Of a stretch of DNA of 64,000 nt, positions 63,912-64,000 are shown piece after piece. Source of the stretch: Octopus sinensis (lineage: Eukaryota); contig NW_021835961.1 of assembly GCF_006345805.1 (NCBI RefSeq), forward strand, positions 19,595-83,594, in the 5' to 3' direction. The first letter of the stretch is position 1. Every line of letters begins with the position of its first letter. Below the pieces are notes generated by a model that did not search any database, had not been told where the DNA came from, and saw only the letters and a list, made by a program, of their open reading frames with translations. The translations under genes were made by a program, and so were the position numbers.

Positions 63912-64000
63912 TTCATTTATATGAAGTTAAATATTTGTCTAGCCATAAGTGACCAATGGTTTCTCATCCATAAGGCGCTTAGCTTTACAGATGGCTCGTC

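Overview
AT-rich, repeat-dense eukaryotic DNA, not prokaryotic. There are no operons, CRISPR arrays, rRNA or intact tRNA genes. The repeat landscape (several tRNA-headed SINE families, (TA)n/(AAT)n/(CAT)n microsatellites, Dong/R4, Tx1, CR1-type and Penelope retroelement remnants, Helitrons, mariner, a Chapaev-like transposase, TTAA MITEs) resembles an octopod cephalopod (Octopus-type) genome; this is inferred from recalled repeat families and the species cannot be determined. One host gene is well supported: a + strand TBC-domain Rab GTPase-activating protein. Five phase-compatible exons lie at 37243-55723, with a plausible first coding exon at 16610-16629. The TBC domain is split by a ~240-aa Ser-rich insert, and its C-terminal part must lie beyond the window. 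Most ORFs in the supplied track are artefacts of microsatellites and SINEs. The most interesting non-gene signals are: minimal hammerhead-ribozyme motifs of Penelope type, including an inverted pair forming a 103-bp hairpin with a 14-bp target duplication at 21175-21441; several other long fold-back repeats inside introns; a composite Helitron with duplicated passenger DNA; elements that insert into (AAT)n; SINE module shuffling; and a SINE-adjacent microsatellite acting as the polypyrimidine tract of the catalytic-Arg exon. I found no wholly new protein-based system. Repeat boundaries are approximate (about +/-10-20 bp); exon and hairpin coordinates were counted by hand.
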